From contig CAXUIM010000005.1 in assembly GCA_964250885.1 (NCBI GenBank), positions 1 to 37,962 of the forward strand: a stretch of DNA of 37,962 nt. Reading direction: 5' to 3'. The notes beneath the pieces are model-generated. The model searched no databases. It was not told where the DNA came from and saw only the letters and a list, made by a program, of their open reading frames with translations. Positions 19,452 through 28,804 of the stretch are shown in pieces. The DNA is from an uncultured Acidobacteriaceae bacterium. Its GTDB lineage: Bacteria > Acidobacteriota > Terriglobia > Terriglobales > Acidobacteriaceae. A program made the position numbers and the translations under genes. Position 1 is the first letter of the stretch. The number at the start of each line of letters is the position of its first letter.

Positions 19452-20732
19452 CTATGAAACAGCGGGATACAGCTGCGGCTTTTCCGCCCGCTCTTCGACA
19501 ATCTCCAGTTCCACATGACGATGCGATCGATCGACAGAGAACGTGACGTAAAACGCAACCAGAGTCACCCACATGAAGAAGAATGGCTCGATGATCTGGC
19601 TCTCGGTCAGATTGGAGATGACCATGAAGATGATAAAGGAAAAATACCAGCGCGCTTCCGGACTCTTGGTGCGCCGGCCCTCCTGAATCGAGAGGACCAT
19701 GCAGCGCAGCAGGAAAATAATGAATATTCCCAGACCGATCAGGCCGACGTGAAGCGCCATATTCAGGAAGCCGTCGTGCGAGTGGGATGTACGGAAGGTG
19801 GTCCGTTCATTGACCAGAATCATGGAGCCATCCTGCTGGTTCCAGAAGGCCAGATAGCCATAACCCAGCAGCGGCCGCTGCTGGATTGCATCGATTACGC
19901 CGGCCCACAGACGGTCACGGCCGGAGAAGGTGGCATCTTTGCCGAGCAGCTTGAAGAAGGTATTTGAGTCCGAGAGGATCAGCCCAATCACGACGGCGAT
20001 CAGCGGGTATCCAATAAGAGCCACACCGGTGAGTGCCTTACGCTTGAGCTTGAAGAGCAACCAGACCGCCTGTGCGGCTAAGGCAGCGACGACCGCAACC
20101 AGCGCGGTACTGTCGTGTGACTTGTAAAGCAGGATCAGCGAGAACGCTGCGAAACTCCACCGGTACCAGCCAGATAAACGTTCGGGAGGCGCAATCGCGA
20201 AGGTGATGACGGCGAGCGCCATCATCTCTCCGAGGCGGTTCTTGTGAAAAAAGGCTCCTCGCCAATCCCCGGCATGCGTTCCGTGCGAGATCCCATACGA
20301 GGGAAGCAGCCCAATGACCAGAATGCTGAGGCCGACCATGATGCCGATAGCTCGTCGGTACAGTTTGGCGAGAGCAGCGGGATCATATACAACACCGAAA
20401 TAATAAGCACACAGGGTGGCGGCGACGAAAATGATGCTGCGGCGGAACGTAAACCCCGGATCAAGCGACCAGATGCTGGAAGCTACCGCAAGCAGAACCA
20501 GGGTCATGGGAGCGAACAGATGCCGGAGATGCCGGGTCAGAGTGCGTCGTTTAACGTACCAGAACAACGCGAGACATCCGATCACAATCGCTTGAACCAG
20601 CAAGGTGATAATGTTGCTGCCGCTGCTCGCGGTGATGATATCGCCTTCGTCGGTATTGCTCAGCCGGAGACCCGCAAAGATGCACAGACACGCAACCACG
20701 AAGAATCTTTGCGCTTTGGTCAGAGATACCAT
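19452..20732 (-). CDS. wzy: O-antigen ligase/Wzy-family polysaccharide polymerase (ExoQ-like)
   Basis: Polytopic membrane protein with WRGAFFHKNRLG, FSGRDRLW, RPLLGYGY and HSHDGFL (Wzy_C motifs), clustered with wza, wzc and wzx. Confidence 0.85.
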   Translation of the reverse strand: MVSLTKAQRFFVVACLCIFAGLRLSNTDEGDIITASSGSNIITLLVQAIVIGCLALFWYVKRRTLTRHLRHLFAPMTLVLLAVASSIWSLDPGFTFRRSIIFVAATLCAYYFGVVYDPAALAKLYRRAIGIMVGLSILVIGLLPSYGISHGTHAGDWRGAFFHKNRLGEMMALAVITFAIAPPERLSGWYRWSFAAFSLILLYKSHDSTALVAVVAALAAQAVWLLFKLKRKALTGVALIGYPLIAVVIGLILSDSNTFFKLLGKDATFSGRDRLWAGVIDAIQQRPLLGYGYLAFWNQQDGSMILVNERTTFRTSHSHDGFLNMALHVGLIGLGIFIIFLLRCMVLSIQEGRRTKSPEARWYFSFIIFMVISNLTESQIIEPFFFMWVTLVAFYVTFSVDRSHRHVELEIVEERAEKPQLYPAVS

Positions 20733-20941
20733 TGACTTAGAGAATGAAGAACGCCGATTTGTAACTCACTTGATTGTACTAGCGGGGTGCCCGGCAGATG
20801 CACGCTGAAACGCGAAACTCGCACGGACAGGGAAACCAAAAGGGGCCAGATGCTGGGCAACTCGGAGTCCTAGAATCTTGCAACGTAGTGCTTTGAGGTT
20901 GCTGGTCCTCGATTCAGAGCCCACATTTGAGACCCTTAGTC

Positions 20942-22471
20942 TTACCGGGTTGCAAGAGTTGCGACCGATTGCCTCGGCAGCGTTTGAGCGAACTCCTGGA
21001 ACTCTTTCCGAAGTGCCGGTGTACCCGCTGGTTGAGTGGAGTAGAAGAGGACGCAGCTCCGCGTACTCTTGACTTGATGCACCAGGCAGAGCGTGCCGAG
21101 TGGGTCCCAGGAAGAGGGTATGTCGACGATCCGGGTATAGATCATGACCAGCCCAACGTCGTGTTGCTGGACCATTGCCTGGCTCCAGGCCGCATCCTTG
21201 TTGGCTTGCCTGGCGGCCTGGATTGATGCGAGCCCAAAGAGATCCAGCACATAGCTGTCGCCATGCCGGTAGCTCACCTCACCCAGATCGTTCACGGCGA
21301 AATTGCCATGGTAGTACTGAGTAACAAAGCGATGCATTTGATACTGTTCGCCGTAAATGGCCGCCGAGGATTCAGGGGTCCCCCAGAGAGACCGCGCATA
21401 AATTGAGGAAAGCGCTATGGCGCCAACCAGGTACCAGGCCCATGCCGGCCGCACCCGTTCCAGGAAAAGGCGCAGCAATACGATACTGCTGAAGATAACG
21501 ATATAAACTTCATACCGATACCACCAGCCAAACCGCCCGAAAAGCAAGTGCAGGCCGGCTGCGGTCGCGGTGGCGAGCAGCACCGTTCTGCGCATTCCCG
21601 CCGGCTCGTATCGGGCGAGCAGGAGTAGACCCACAAAAATTGCGATCAGCGGCCAGTGCACCGGATTCCTTATATCGCCGATCACTCCCTGCGAGATGAT
21701 CGAGAACGCGTTGGCCAGCGGGCCGTGATGGGCCGCCGCCGTTCCGCTCTTAACGAGCACCGAAACAGGTAAGAGCGCCAGACCGATGTGCTTTAAAAAA
21801 AGCGAGAACGCCAGCAGAGGGACTATCGCCGCCAGGCTCATCAGTAGCGCGGCCAGGCGCCGTCGTTGCACGATGAGGATGATCCCCACCGCCATGGTGA
21901 GGGTGAAGTCCTCATAGCGCACCCAGGGGGCAGTCGCGGCGGCGGCTATGCTCCACCAGGGCATGGAGCGCCCGTTAAGGAGGCGACAGATCCCCGCAGC
22001 GCAGGCAATGGCGAGCATGACCTGAAGCGTGTGCTCCATGGTCAACAACGTCAATCCGACGAGATTCGCCAGTAGAATCAGGGTAAGAACCGCTATGACG
22101 CGGCGGGCGTTGCTCCCCAGCACGGCCGTGGGCCACTCATCGACAATGGCCGCAATCAGGATGACCGCGCAGCATCCAGCCAGAGCATTCAGAATCAGGG
22201 CTTCGTAGATTCCATAGGAGCTCGCAGCTAACGGCGTCAGCAGAAACGGCCACAGCATGCTGGAAGATGGCGAGGAAGGCTCGCTGGAGTTGACGCCGTA
22301 GTGCCCGTGCGCGATCTGCTCGGCGAGCGCAAGATGGATGTACGGATCATCCTGCGGGGCGACGAAGAGGCCGTCGGTACGCTGCCGAACGGCGAAGAAG
22401 ATGATGAAGCAGAGGGAGAGATAAAAAGTCAATGCAACAGTGGTCAAGGTTGACCTAAAGGTTGTCGCCAT
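20942..22471 (-). CDS. Polytopic GT-C-fold glycosyltransferase-like membrane protein
   Basis: DDPYIH acidic motif after TM1, then SSS.LW, MEH.L, RYE (twice) and DLFGL, with many TM helices. Confidence 0.7.
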   Translation of the reverse strand: MATTFRSTLTTVALTFYLSLCFIIFFAVRQRTDGLFVAPQDDPYIHLALAEQIAHGHYGVNSSEPSSPSSSMLWPFLLTPLAASSYGIYEALILNALAGCCAVILIAAIVDEWPTAVLGSNARRVIAVLTLILLANLVGLTLLTMEHTLQVMLAIACAAGICRLLNGRSMPWWSIAAAATAPWVRYEDFTLTMAVGIILIVQRRRLAALLMSLAAIVPLLAFSLFLKHIGLALLPVSVLVKSGTAAAHHGPLANAFSIISQGVIGDIRNPVHWPLIAIFVGLLLLARYEPAGMRRTVLLATATAAGLHLLFGRFGWWYRYEVYIVIFSSIVLLRLFLERVRPAWAWYLVGAIALSSIYARSLWGTPESSAAIYGEQYQMHRFVTQYYHGNFAVNDLGEVSYRHGDSYVLDLFGLASIQAARQANKDAAWSQAMVQQHDVGLVMIYTRIVDIPSSWDPLGTLCLVHQVKSTRSCVLFYSTQPAGTPALRKEFQEFAQTLPRQSVATLATR

Positions 22472-22572
22472 ACTTTGAACCGATTATATGTGTCCGATGC
22501 TGCGGAGCCGGTGCGTCTCCTTCCTTGAGGCTTACAGCCGATTGGCGTTTGAAACGGTATGCCAGAATGGAG

Positions 22573-22673
22573 TAGAGCATCTCTCCTGCAGGTGTAGAGA
22601 GGAGATTCGGGTTCCATGGCCGTCTCCCTCCAAGGGAAACGGGCTCGGACGATGTACCGCTGGACAGCGGCAA
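22573..22673 (-). mobile_element. MITE-like family 1 copy, one TIR lost, at the 3' end of the GT2 gene
   Basis: Plus strand TAGAGCATCTCTCCTGCAGGTGTAGAGAGGAGATTCGGGTTCCATGGCCGT is the reverse complement of the family core and TIR. Confidence 0.75.
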
Positions 22674-22677
22674 GCCT

Positions 22678-23613
22678 TCAGGTCTTTCGGCGCAGCCACT
22701 GCGCCGCGCGGAGCCGCTGCTGTTCCGGGGTGAAGAAAAAAAGAGCAAACAGCAAAGCGGAACGGACATCAATCTGGCTGCGGGTCAGGAAGGCGCGAAG
22801 AACTTCCGGCAACGAACTTATGGGAACATACCGCGCCACCACGGTCGCAAGAAAGTAGGCATAGGCGCGAGGAGAGATCAGCCGATTGCCTGTGGCCCAG
22901 GCATACGATGGCCTCCAGTCCTTGGTCTGGCTAACCGAGGTGCCCTCCACGTTGAGATGATAAATGGTAAGCGGCTCCCAGATGAGCTCCAGATGGAAAC
23001 CGCTTTGTGCGGAGGCGCGCAGCAGCCAGTCCCAATCCTGATGGAGGCGGAGACCTTCCGTGAACGGAACCTCCTGGAAGAGCTTTCTTGAGGCAAGCAG
23101 CGTTGATGTCTGAATGAATCCTTCCCCGCGCCGGGTCGGGCTGGAGACGCAGAAGAGATACTCACTTATGCGTAACGGGTCGCTCGTCGGAGCCGGCTTG
23201 AAGGGCCAGACCCGTTGTTCGATGCCTTGTTGCACGAGGACGCGTGTCGAAATAACCGGATACACGAAGGCACGGAGTTTGTCAGCGGTTTCCATCTGGC
23301 GTTGCAGCTTGGTTTCTGCCCATTGGTCGTCGTCGTCGAGTAAGGCAATCCACTCGCCGGTGGCCACCGATATTCCTCGATTGCGCGCCGCGGAGCCGCC
23401 GACCGGAGCCGGGGTTTGCACCAGCTTATCCACCGTCCCGCGCAGTCGTTCAAGCGTCTGCGGCGAAGGCCGGGCATTGTCCAGAACCACGATCACCTCA
23501 GTTCGCGGATAGGTCTGCTTACGCACACTTTCGATCGCGCGGAAGAGGTCCGGCCCCGCATCTCGGGAGGGAATCACGACGCTGACCAGCGGTGGTGAAC
23601 TCTCGTCTAACAT
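22678..23613 (-). CDS. Glycosyltransferase family 2 (AmsB-like)
   Basis: Start set at MLDESSPPLVSVVIP. Motifs ARNRGI, IALLDDDD, FIQTSTL and HQDWDW. Confidence 0.9.
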   Translation of the reverse strand: MLDESSPPLVSVVIPSRDAGPDLFRAIESVRKQTYPRTEVIVVLDNARPSPQTLERLRGTVDKLVQTPAPVGGSAARNRGISVATGEWIALLDDDDQWAETKLQRQMETADKLRAFVYPVISTRVLVQQGIEQRVWPFKPAPTSDPLRISEYLFCVSSPTRRGEGFIQTSTLLASRKLFQEVPFTEGLRLHQDWDWLLRASAQSGFHLELIWEPLTIYHLNVEGTSVSQTKDWRPSYAWATGNRLISPRAYAYFLATVVARYVPISSLPEVLRAFLTRSQIDVRSALLFALFFFTPEQQRLRAAQWLRRKT

Positions 23614-23624
23614 CCCATACCCCA

Positions 23625-24887
23625 CTAATACAGAAGAACGGGCGCGATGCCGACGGTGAGGCTCTTGCCGGTCAGAGGCATCGGTGTACCGGAGAGAGGA
23701 ATCTCTGTCGAGACATGCCACGAAGCCGGTGGCGTATAACTTCGGTCCCCAGCTGGCGCCCATACGATCCGGGCGGGTCGACTCTCATGGGTCAGAGTGC
23801 AGGTCCAGAAGTTATCGCTCGACCGCCGGCAGTCGTGAAAGCGATTACCGGCCATCCAGCCCTCCACCGTGCGATAGGCCTGCGCCGCCGGTGTCTCGGT
23901 GGTGCTGTCCGGCTCCGTCAAAAACAGTTTGACCCAGGAATGATTGTCCCAGGAATACCAGTAGAAGCGGGAGATGCCGCAGACCCAGACCAGAATATTG
24001 GCACGCGCGACGAAGGCCGCGGCTAACTCCGGGGTGAAGGTATTCACGCCATCCTTCCAGTCGCCCCAACCTGATTCCGTGTTCCAGATGGGCAGGGAAG
24101 AGAGCCCATTGCTGACGAGAACCTGCTTCACTTGCGCCGCCTTGGCCACCACATCTTCCGGCTGGCCGTGCACGTAGAAATGGAAGCCGACGACGTCGAC
24201 GCCACGCAAACCGCCTGCTTTGATGTAGCGATCCAGGTAGGTGGGATCCCCGGTAATCCCGGGGCTGACGACGGTGATCGAGGGGTCGACCTGCTTGAAG
24301 ATAGCGACGGCCCTTTGGCTCATCTCGGCCATGGTCGAAACAGGGCCTGAGTAGAACATGGGGAGATTCGGCTCGTTCCATATCTCATAGGCGTGGATCC
24401 GGCCCTTGTACCGGGTCGCGATGGTACGTACATAATCGTCCCAGTTCGATAGAGAAGTCGGTTCTGCGGCCGTACCGGGGAAGTAGGTCTTCTCAGTGGG
24501 ACGAGCCGAGGCCCACGCCGGAGTCTGGCCGAGCGTCATAAGAATATCGACGTGGTGTTCTTCCGCGAGGGCGACATACTGATCGAGCATATTGAAGCGC
24601 CACACACCCTTTTTAGGCTCAAGCTGCCGCCATGTGGTTTGGGTGTCCCAGAGACGCCAGCTCTTGAACGGGATCTTCGGCCAGGGTGTCAACACAAAAC
24701 CCGGATAGTGCTGGTCCACGGTTTTGTGGATATGCATTCCGAAGTAGTTGAAGGGCACGGCGGTGGATGGAGCCGTGATCCCCAGCGGGTCCTGCGACGA
24801 AGTCTGCAGGCCGGTTTCACCCTGCCCGGAGCAGCTCAGAAGGCCAGGGGACAAGAAAGCAAGAATGGGAAGAAGGAACCAGCGCAT
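23625..24887 (-). CDS. Stand-alone clan GH-A (GH39/PslG-like) glycoside hydrolase lipoprotein
   Basis: Start set at MRWFLL..LLS-C (lipobox). Motifs FGMH, RLWD..W..LEP, LGQTPAWAS, YEIWNEPN, GFHFY and WNTESGW. Confidence 0.88.
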   Translation of the reverse strand: MRWFLLPILAFLSPGLLSCSGQGETGLQTSSQDPLGITAPSTAVPFNYFGMHIHKTVDQHYPGFVLTPWPKIPFKSWRLWDTQTTWRQLEPKKGVWRFNMLDQYVALAEEHHVDILMTLGQTPAWASARPTEKTYFPGTAAEPTSLSNWDDYVRTIATRYKGRIHAYEIWNEPNLPMFYSGPVSTMAEMSQRAVAIFKQVDPSITVVSPGITGDPTYLDRYIKAGGLRGVDVVGFHFYVHGQPEDVVAKAAQVKQVLVSNGLSSLPIWNTESGWGDWKDGVNTFTPELAAAFVARANILVWVCGISRFYWYSWDNHSWVKLFLTEPDSTTETPAAQAYRTVEGWMAGNRFHDCRRSSDNFWTCTLTHESRPARIVWAPAGDRSYTPPASWHVSTEIPLSGTPMPLTGKSLTVGIAPVLLY

Positions 24888-25143
24888 GCGTGTGGGCTTT
24901 CTCAAAAGGGAACTCCTCAAGGTTGTGCCAGAGCAGGGAGCTCTGGACTTCGTGCCATCTGATGAGTCCGCTGCGCAAAGTATGCGCCAGGTGGCGCGTT
25001 TAGCAAAGCGCGAAGATGGGACACCTCTGCGCATCCTAAACGAAGAGTCGATTCGCCGACCACTCCACCTCCATCGGCACCGACTGTGCACATGTGAGCA
25101 ACGCTCCCGGCGCCCGAGGCCATCTCCAGACGAGACCGCCTTG

Positions 25144-25232
25144 ACCAGGCTCTCTCCTGGAGGTGTAGAGGGGAGCTTGAGTTCCATGGCCGTTATCTCT
25201 CGAAGGAAACGGCAATAGGAGAAGCGCTATAG
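25144..25232 (-). mobile_element. MITE-like family 1 copy with an internal deletion, 20 bp after wza
   Basis: TCTCTCCTGGAGGTGTAGAGGGGAGCTTGAGTTCCATGGCCGTT core, with opposite end TAGGAGAAGCGCTATAG. Confidence 0.7.
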
Positions 25233-25251
25233 AAGCGCGCCTGGAATCATT

Positions 25252-26268
25252 TTAGTGCGTATAAATTGCAGCGCCGGCGACTGCTGAAAGCACGGAAGAG
25301 CTTCCCAACGTGAGAGCGTTCTTGACGTAACTGAATGGAATATAGATCACGTCACCCGGATCCAGGACGACGTCCGGCGCCTTCCCCTTCTGAATTGCAG
25401 CAAAATTCAGCTTTGTTTCCTCTACCTGGCCGTCAACCGTCTTGTGGATGAGCCGCGCATTGGAGGGCACGGCGGTGTGATTCGTTGCTCCCGCAAGCGC
25501 GATGGCTTTGAGCGCAGTCATCTCCGAGTCGGGCTGGTCCATTGGGTAGCCGCCGGGCTTTCCGACGTCGCCCAGGACGTAGACGATTCCCACCCGCGGC
25601 ACGATAATCGTGTCCCCCGGGTAGACCGTGACATCGTTCCGGAGCGCATCCTGTGGGTTGTTGGAGAAGAAAAAGGTAGCCTGATTTGCAGGAGAACCTT
25701 TGCGCCGGATCAGGATGTTCCGGTCCGCAAGGTCGGTCAGGCCTCCGGAGAGCGCGATCAGATCGATCGCACTGCGCGGCGTTGTAATCTGCTGTACACC
25801 GGGCTTGTTTACTTCTCCGGTCACGGAGACCAACTCCGTCTCGTACGTGGTCACCGCCATCGTAACGGCCGGATGCAGCATCACGTTCGTTGTAATCAGA
25901 AGATCTTGTACCTTCTGGGCAGCCTCGGCGGGGGTCAGCCCGGCTATATGAACCTCGCCCAACAAGATCAGCTGCACATCTCCCGCCTCGGAGACACGCA
26001 CATTCTGTTCGAACTCGGGGGTGTCATACACATGTACGTTGACCAGGTCACCCGGCTGGATTTGAAGCCCCGGCTTTGGCGCGTTCACCCGCGGCAGCAA
26101 TTGAGGCTGCGACTGGGTTTGGGATTGGGGCTGCGACTGGGTCGGGGACACGGACTGCGGATGCCACTGCTGCTGCTGCTGCTGGGCGAACGCTACACCT
26201 GCAACGAGCAGAGGAAGCACAATGAAACAGCGAATCAGGCGTAATTTTCTGATCGCCATGGTCCTCAC
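25252..26268 (-). CDS. wza: Polysaccharide export OPX/Wza-family protein (Poly_export + SLBB)
   Basis: IQPGDLVNVHVY, G.V.L.LLGEVHIAGLT, VSVTGEVNKPG and VYVLGDVGKPG. The GTGA start overlaps the wzc stop; an alternative ATG is at 26259. Confidence 0.9.
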   Translation of the reverse strand: MRTMAIRKLRLIRCFIVLPLLVAGVAFAQQQQQQWHPQSVSPTQSQPQSQTQSQPQLLPRVNAPKPGLQIQPGDLVNVHVYDTPEFEQNVRVSEAGDVQLILLGEVHIAGLTPAEAAQKVQDLLITTNVMLHPAVTMAVTTYETELVSVTGEVNKPGVQQITTPRSAIDLIALSGGLTDLADRNILIRRKGSPANQATFFFSNNPQDALRNDVTVYPGDTIIVPRVGIVYVLGDVGKPGGYPMDQPDSEMTALKAIALAGATNHTAVPSNARLIHKTVDGQVEETKLNFAAIQKGKAPDVVLDPGDVIYIPFSYVKNALTLGSSSVLSAVAGAAIYTH

Positions 26269-28628
26269 TTCGCGTCTCCGTAGTACGTCGCGCGATGTCC
26301 GGGACCACGCTGGGCCGCATTAATCACCAGCTTGAGGTCGTCCGCGGGAACCACCTCTCCCAGTTTCGTAAGGGCATCGACCAACGCATGCTTTTTCGTC
26401 AGGCCCAGGCGAGCAACCAGCAATACCTTGTCAGCGTAGGCTAGTAAGGGAATCGAGTCGTTGACCGTAAGAACCGGCGCGGCATCCATAATGATGCAAT
26501 CGTAGGAACCGCGAAACAGCGTCAGGAGATCTCCTAACGGCGCCCGACCGAGTACCTCAGAGGGATGAGTAGAGACGGGTCCCGTGGTGAGCGCAAAGAG
26601 CTCAGGCTGTTCGGGAACCGCTTGAACCTGGAGTCCCTCCAGAGAGGCTCCCGCATGCCAGGATTGAGAGACCAGGCTGGTGAGCCCAGAGGAGTTTGTC
26701 AGCTTCAGCCAGTGATGGAGGTCGGGGTGGCGAAGGTCGGCGTCGATGGCGAGCACCCGCTTCCCCTGCCGCGCCAGCACACCGGCCAGATTCGCCGTCA
26801 GAGATGTCTTGCCCTCGCCACCAACCGGACTGGTCACCAGGAAGACCTGCGCCGAACCAGGATTGCCTGACATCATAAGCGATCCAGCCAGCGCACGCAC
26901 AGCCTCTGCGTAGGACGACTCGGGGAGGGTGAAGACAGCCAGATTCGGACCGACCCCAGGTCCTCCGGTCAGGTTCATCTCGGCGGTCGCGCGCGACGGC
27001 AGTAACGGGGAGGCCGCGCGGGCCGGCAGCAACGGGATGATTCCGGCGGGGGAGCGGCCAAAACGGCTCCTGACGGAGTCGATTGTCATGACCCGCTTGT
27101 CCGCGAGATCGATCAGGATGGCCAGACCAGCTCCCAGCGTGAGCCCCAGGAATATGGCCGCGGCCAGATAGATGGCAACCCGGGGACGAGCCGGCCTTCC
27201 AGGCAGAAGAGCGGGATTTACAACGCCAATGTCGGAAGTCTTCAGGCCGGCGAGAATCTCCGCTTCCTTGGACCGGGACAGCAGGTCTTCGTACAGTTTG
27301 CGGCTGCTCTCGGCCTCTTCTTTGGCGATGGCATAGTTGATGGCGCTGTTATTGACCGCGTCCGCCTGGACCTTGAGCTGGTCGTACTGCTGGCGGGCCC
27401 CCGCCTCGGTCTGAACGGCGATATCGTAGTCATTCTTCGACCGCGCCCGCATGCGGTCAATCTCATCGTGAATTGCCTGTTCATACCCGGCAATACGATC
27501 ACGGGTCTCCTGCAGCCTGGGGTAGGCGCTACCAAACTTAGCCTCCATCTGATCCAGGTTGACCTTTTCGGTCGCCTCTTCAATCCTGAGGTTCTGGATC
27601 ATATTCAGTGACGTGGAGACACTGGTGGAGGCGGCGGTAGTCAGATTGCCGCTGAGATTGGATATGAGCTCGGGATTCCCGCTCTTGACCTGCTCGTAGA
27701 CGGCTTGCTTCAGGATCCGGTTGGTCTGCGCCTCTCCGAGTGTCGTGCTGATTTGCTGCAACTGGTCCAGAACGGCGCTATACGCCTGCTCCCGGCCCGC
27801 GGTGTCTGTTGTGCCCAGCGAGACGATGCCGGCCTGCTGTTGCATTCGAGCCACTTGATCCTGCAGGCGCTCCGTGTTGGCGCGGAGACCCGCAAGCTCA
27901 TCGTCCATGAATTTAGAGGAGCCACCGGTGACGCTGGGCCGATTGTCGAACGAGTTCTGCACCAGGTCATGAACCAACTGGTTGACGACAGCCCGGGCCG
28001 TCTGCGGATTCTGGCTGAGATAGGAGACATCAATCAGCCGGGTACCGGGGACCGGCTCAACCTTGAGATTCTTCTTAAACATACGAAGAATCGTCTCGCG
28101 GCGATTGGGACGTTCCGCCAGCGGAGCCCCTTTGCGGTCGGGATGACCTTTAGGCGCGACCAGCCCCATCACATACCCCAGCGGGTTGAATGTTGGCTTG
28201 AAATCAGGGCTGTGTTCCAGGTTCAACTCATTTACAACCTGCAGGGCCAGACCCTGGGATTCCAGGAGGTTGGACTGAGTCTGGATGTCAATGTTCACAA
28301 GCAGGGAGTCTTCACCGCCTGCATCCGCGATACCCAGCGCACTGCCCAGGCCGAGGCTGTCTCGTGCCGGCTTCTGAACCTCAATCTCCGCGCTTGCGCT
28401 GTAACGACGCGCGGCTACCAGGCAGTACACCGCCATGAGTAGAAACAGCACGATCGTCGTCCAGAGAACAACCCGGCGCCGCCGCAGCAGAGCCCGCCAC
28501 AGCTCTAAGAAGTCGAAACTGTCTTCGTTTTGAACGGATAGTGAAGTTCTCGCGCTCGTTCGTGGTACATACTGCCCTTCCAGAAGAGGGCCTCTATGAT
28601 CGCCGAGAGGATTTATAGACATAGACAT
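26265..28628 (-). CDS. wzc: Polysaccharide co-polymerase/BY-kinase Wzc (GumC-like)
   Basis: Two TMs flank a coiled-coil periplasmic region. Walker A PVGGEGKT, A' IDADLR, B IIMDAAP. C-terminal YY. Confidence 0.93.
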   Translation of the reverse strand: MSMSINPLGDHRGPLLEGQYVPRTSARTSLSVQNEDSFDFLELWRALLRRRRVVLWTTIVLFLLMAVYCLVAARRYSASAEIEVQKPARDSLGLGSALGIADAGGEDSLLVNIDIQTQSNLLESQGLALQVVNELNLEHSPDFKPTFNPLGYVMGLVAPKGHPDRKGAPLAERPNRRETILRMFKKNLKVEPVPGTRLIDVSYLSQNPQTARAVVNQLVHDLVQNSFDNRPSVTGGSSKFMDDELAGLRANTERLQDQVARMQQQAGIVSLGTTDTAGREQAYSAVLDQLQQISTTLGEAQTNRILKQAVYEQVKSGNPELISNLSGNLTTAASTSVSTSLNMIQNLRIEEATEKVNLDQMEAKFGSAYPRLQETRDRIAGYEQAIHDEIDRMRARSKNDYDIAVQTEAGARQQYDQLKVQADAVNNSAINYAIAKEEAESSRKLYEDLLSRSKEAEILAGLKTSDIGVVNPALLPGRPARPRVAIYLAAAIFLGLTLGAGLAILIDLADKRVMTIDSVRSRFGRSPAGIIPLLPARAASPLLPSRATAEMNLTGGPGVGPNLAVFTLPESSYAEAVRALAGSLMMSGNPGSAQVFLVTSPVGGEGKTSLTANLAGVLARQGKRVLAIDADLRHPDLHHWLKLTNSSGLTSLVSQSWHAGASLEGLQVQAVPEQPELFALTTGPVSTHPSEVLGRAPLGDLLTLFRGSYDCIIMDAAPVLTVNDSIPLLAYADKVLLVARLGLTKKHALVDALTKLGEVVPADDLKLVINAAQRGPGHRATYYGDAK

Positions 28629-28804
28629 GGCAGGGAAGCAGTCCGACGGATAATTGAACTTATGGTATCACGGGCCCTGGGCTGATTTAGAGGCGCGTAT
28701 CGGCTCGAGACGGCGCGCTCCGACCCGTTTTGGAACTCTCCAAAACTCCGTCCGCCCGTTGCATTCAATTGATATGATGTGACTTCGCGGAGGGATTCCA
28801 GGCT

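Noticed and set aside
20785-20862. Imperfect inverted repeat upstream of wzy as a structured RNA
   Set aside because: It has only a 9-bp imperfect stem in GC-rich DNA and resembles no family I recognise.
24888-25187. 100-aa N-terminal extension of the stand-alone GH
   Set aside because: The ATG lies inside a MITE copy. The signal peptide and lipobox begin at 24887.
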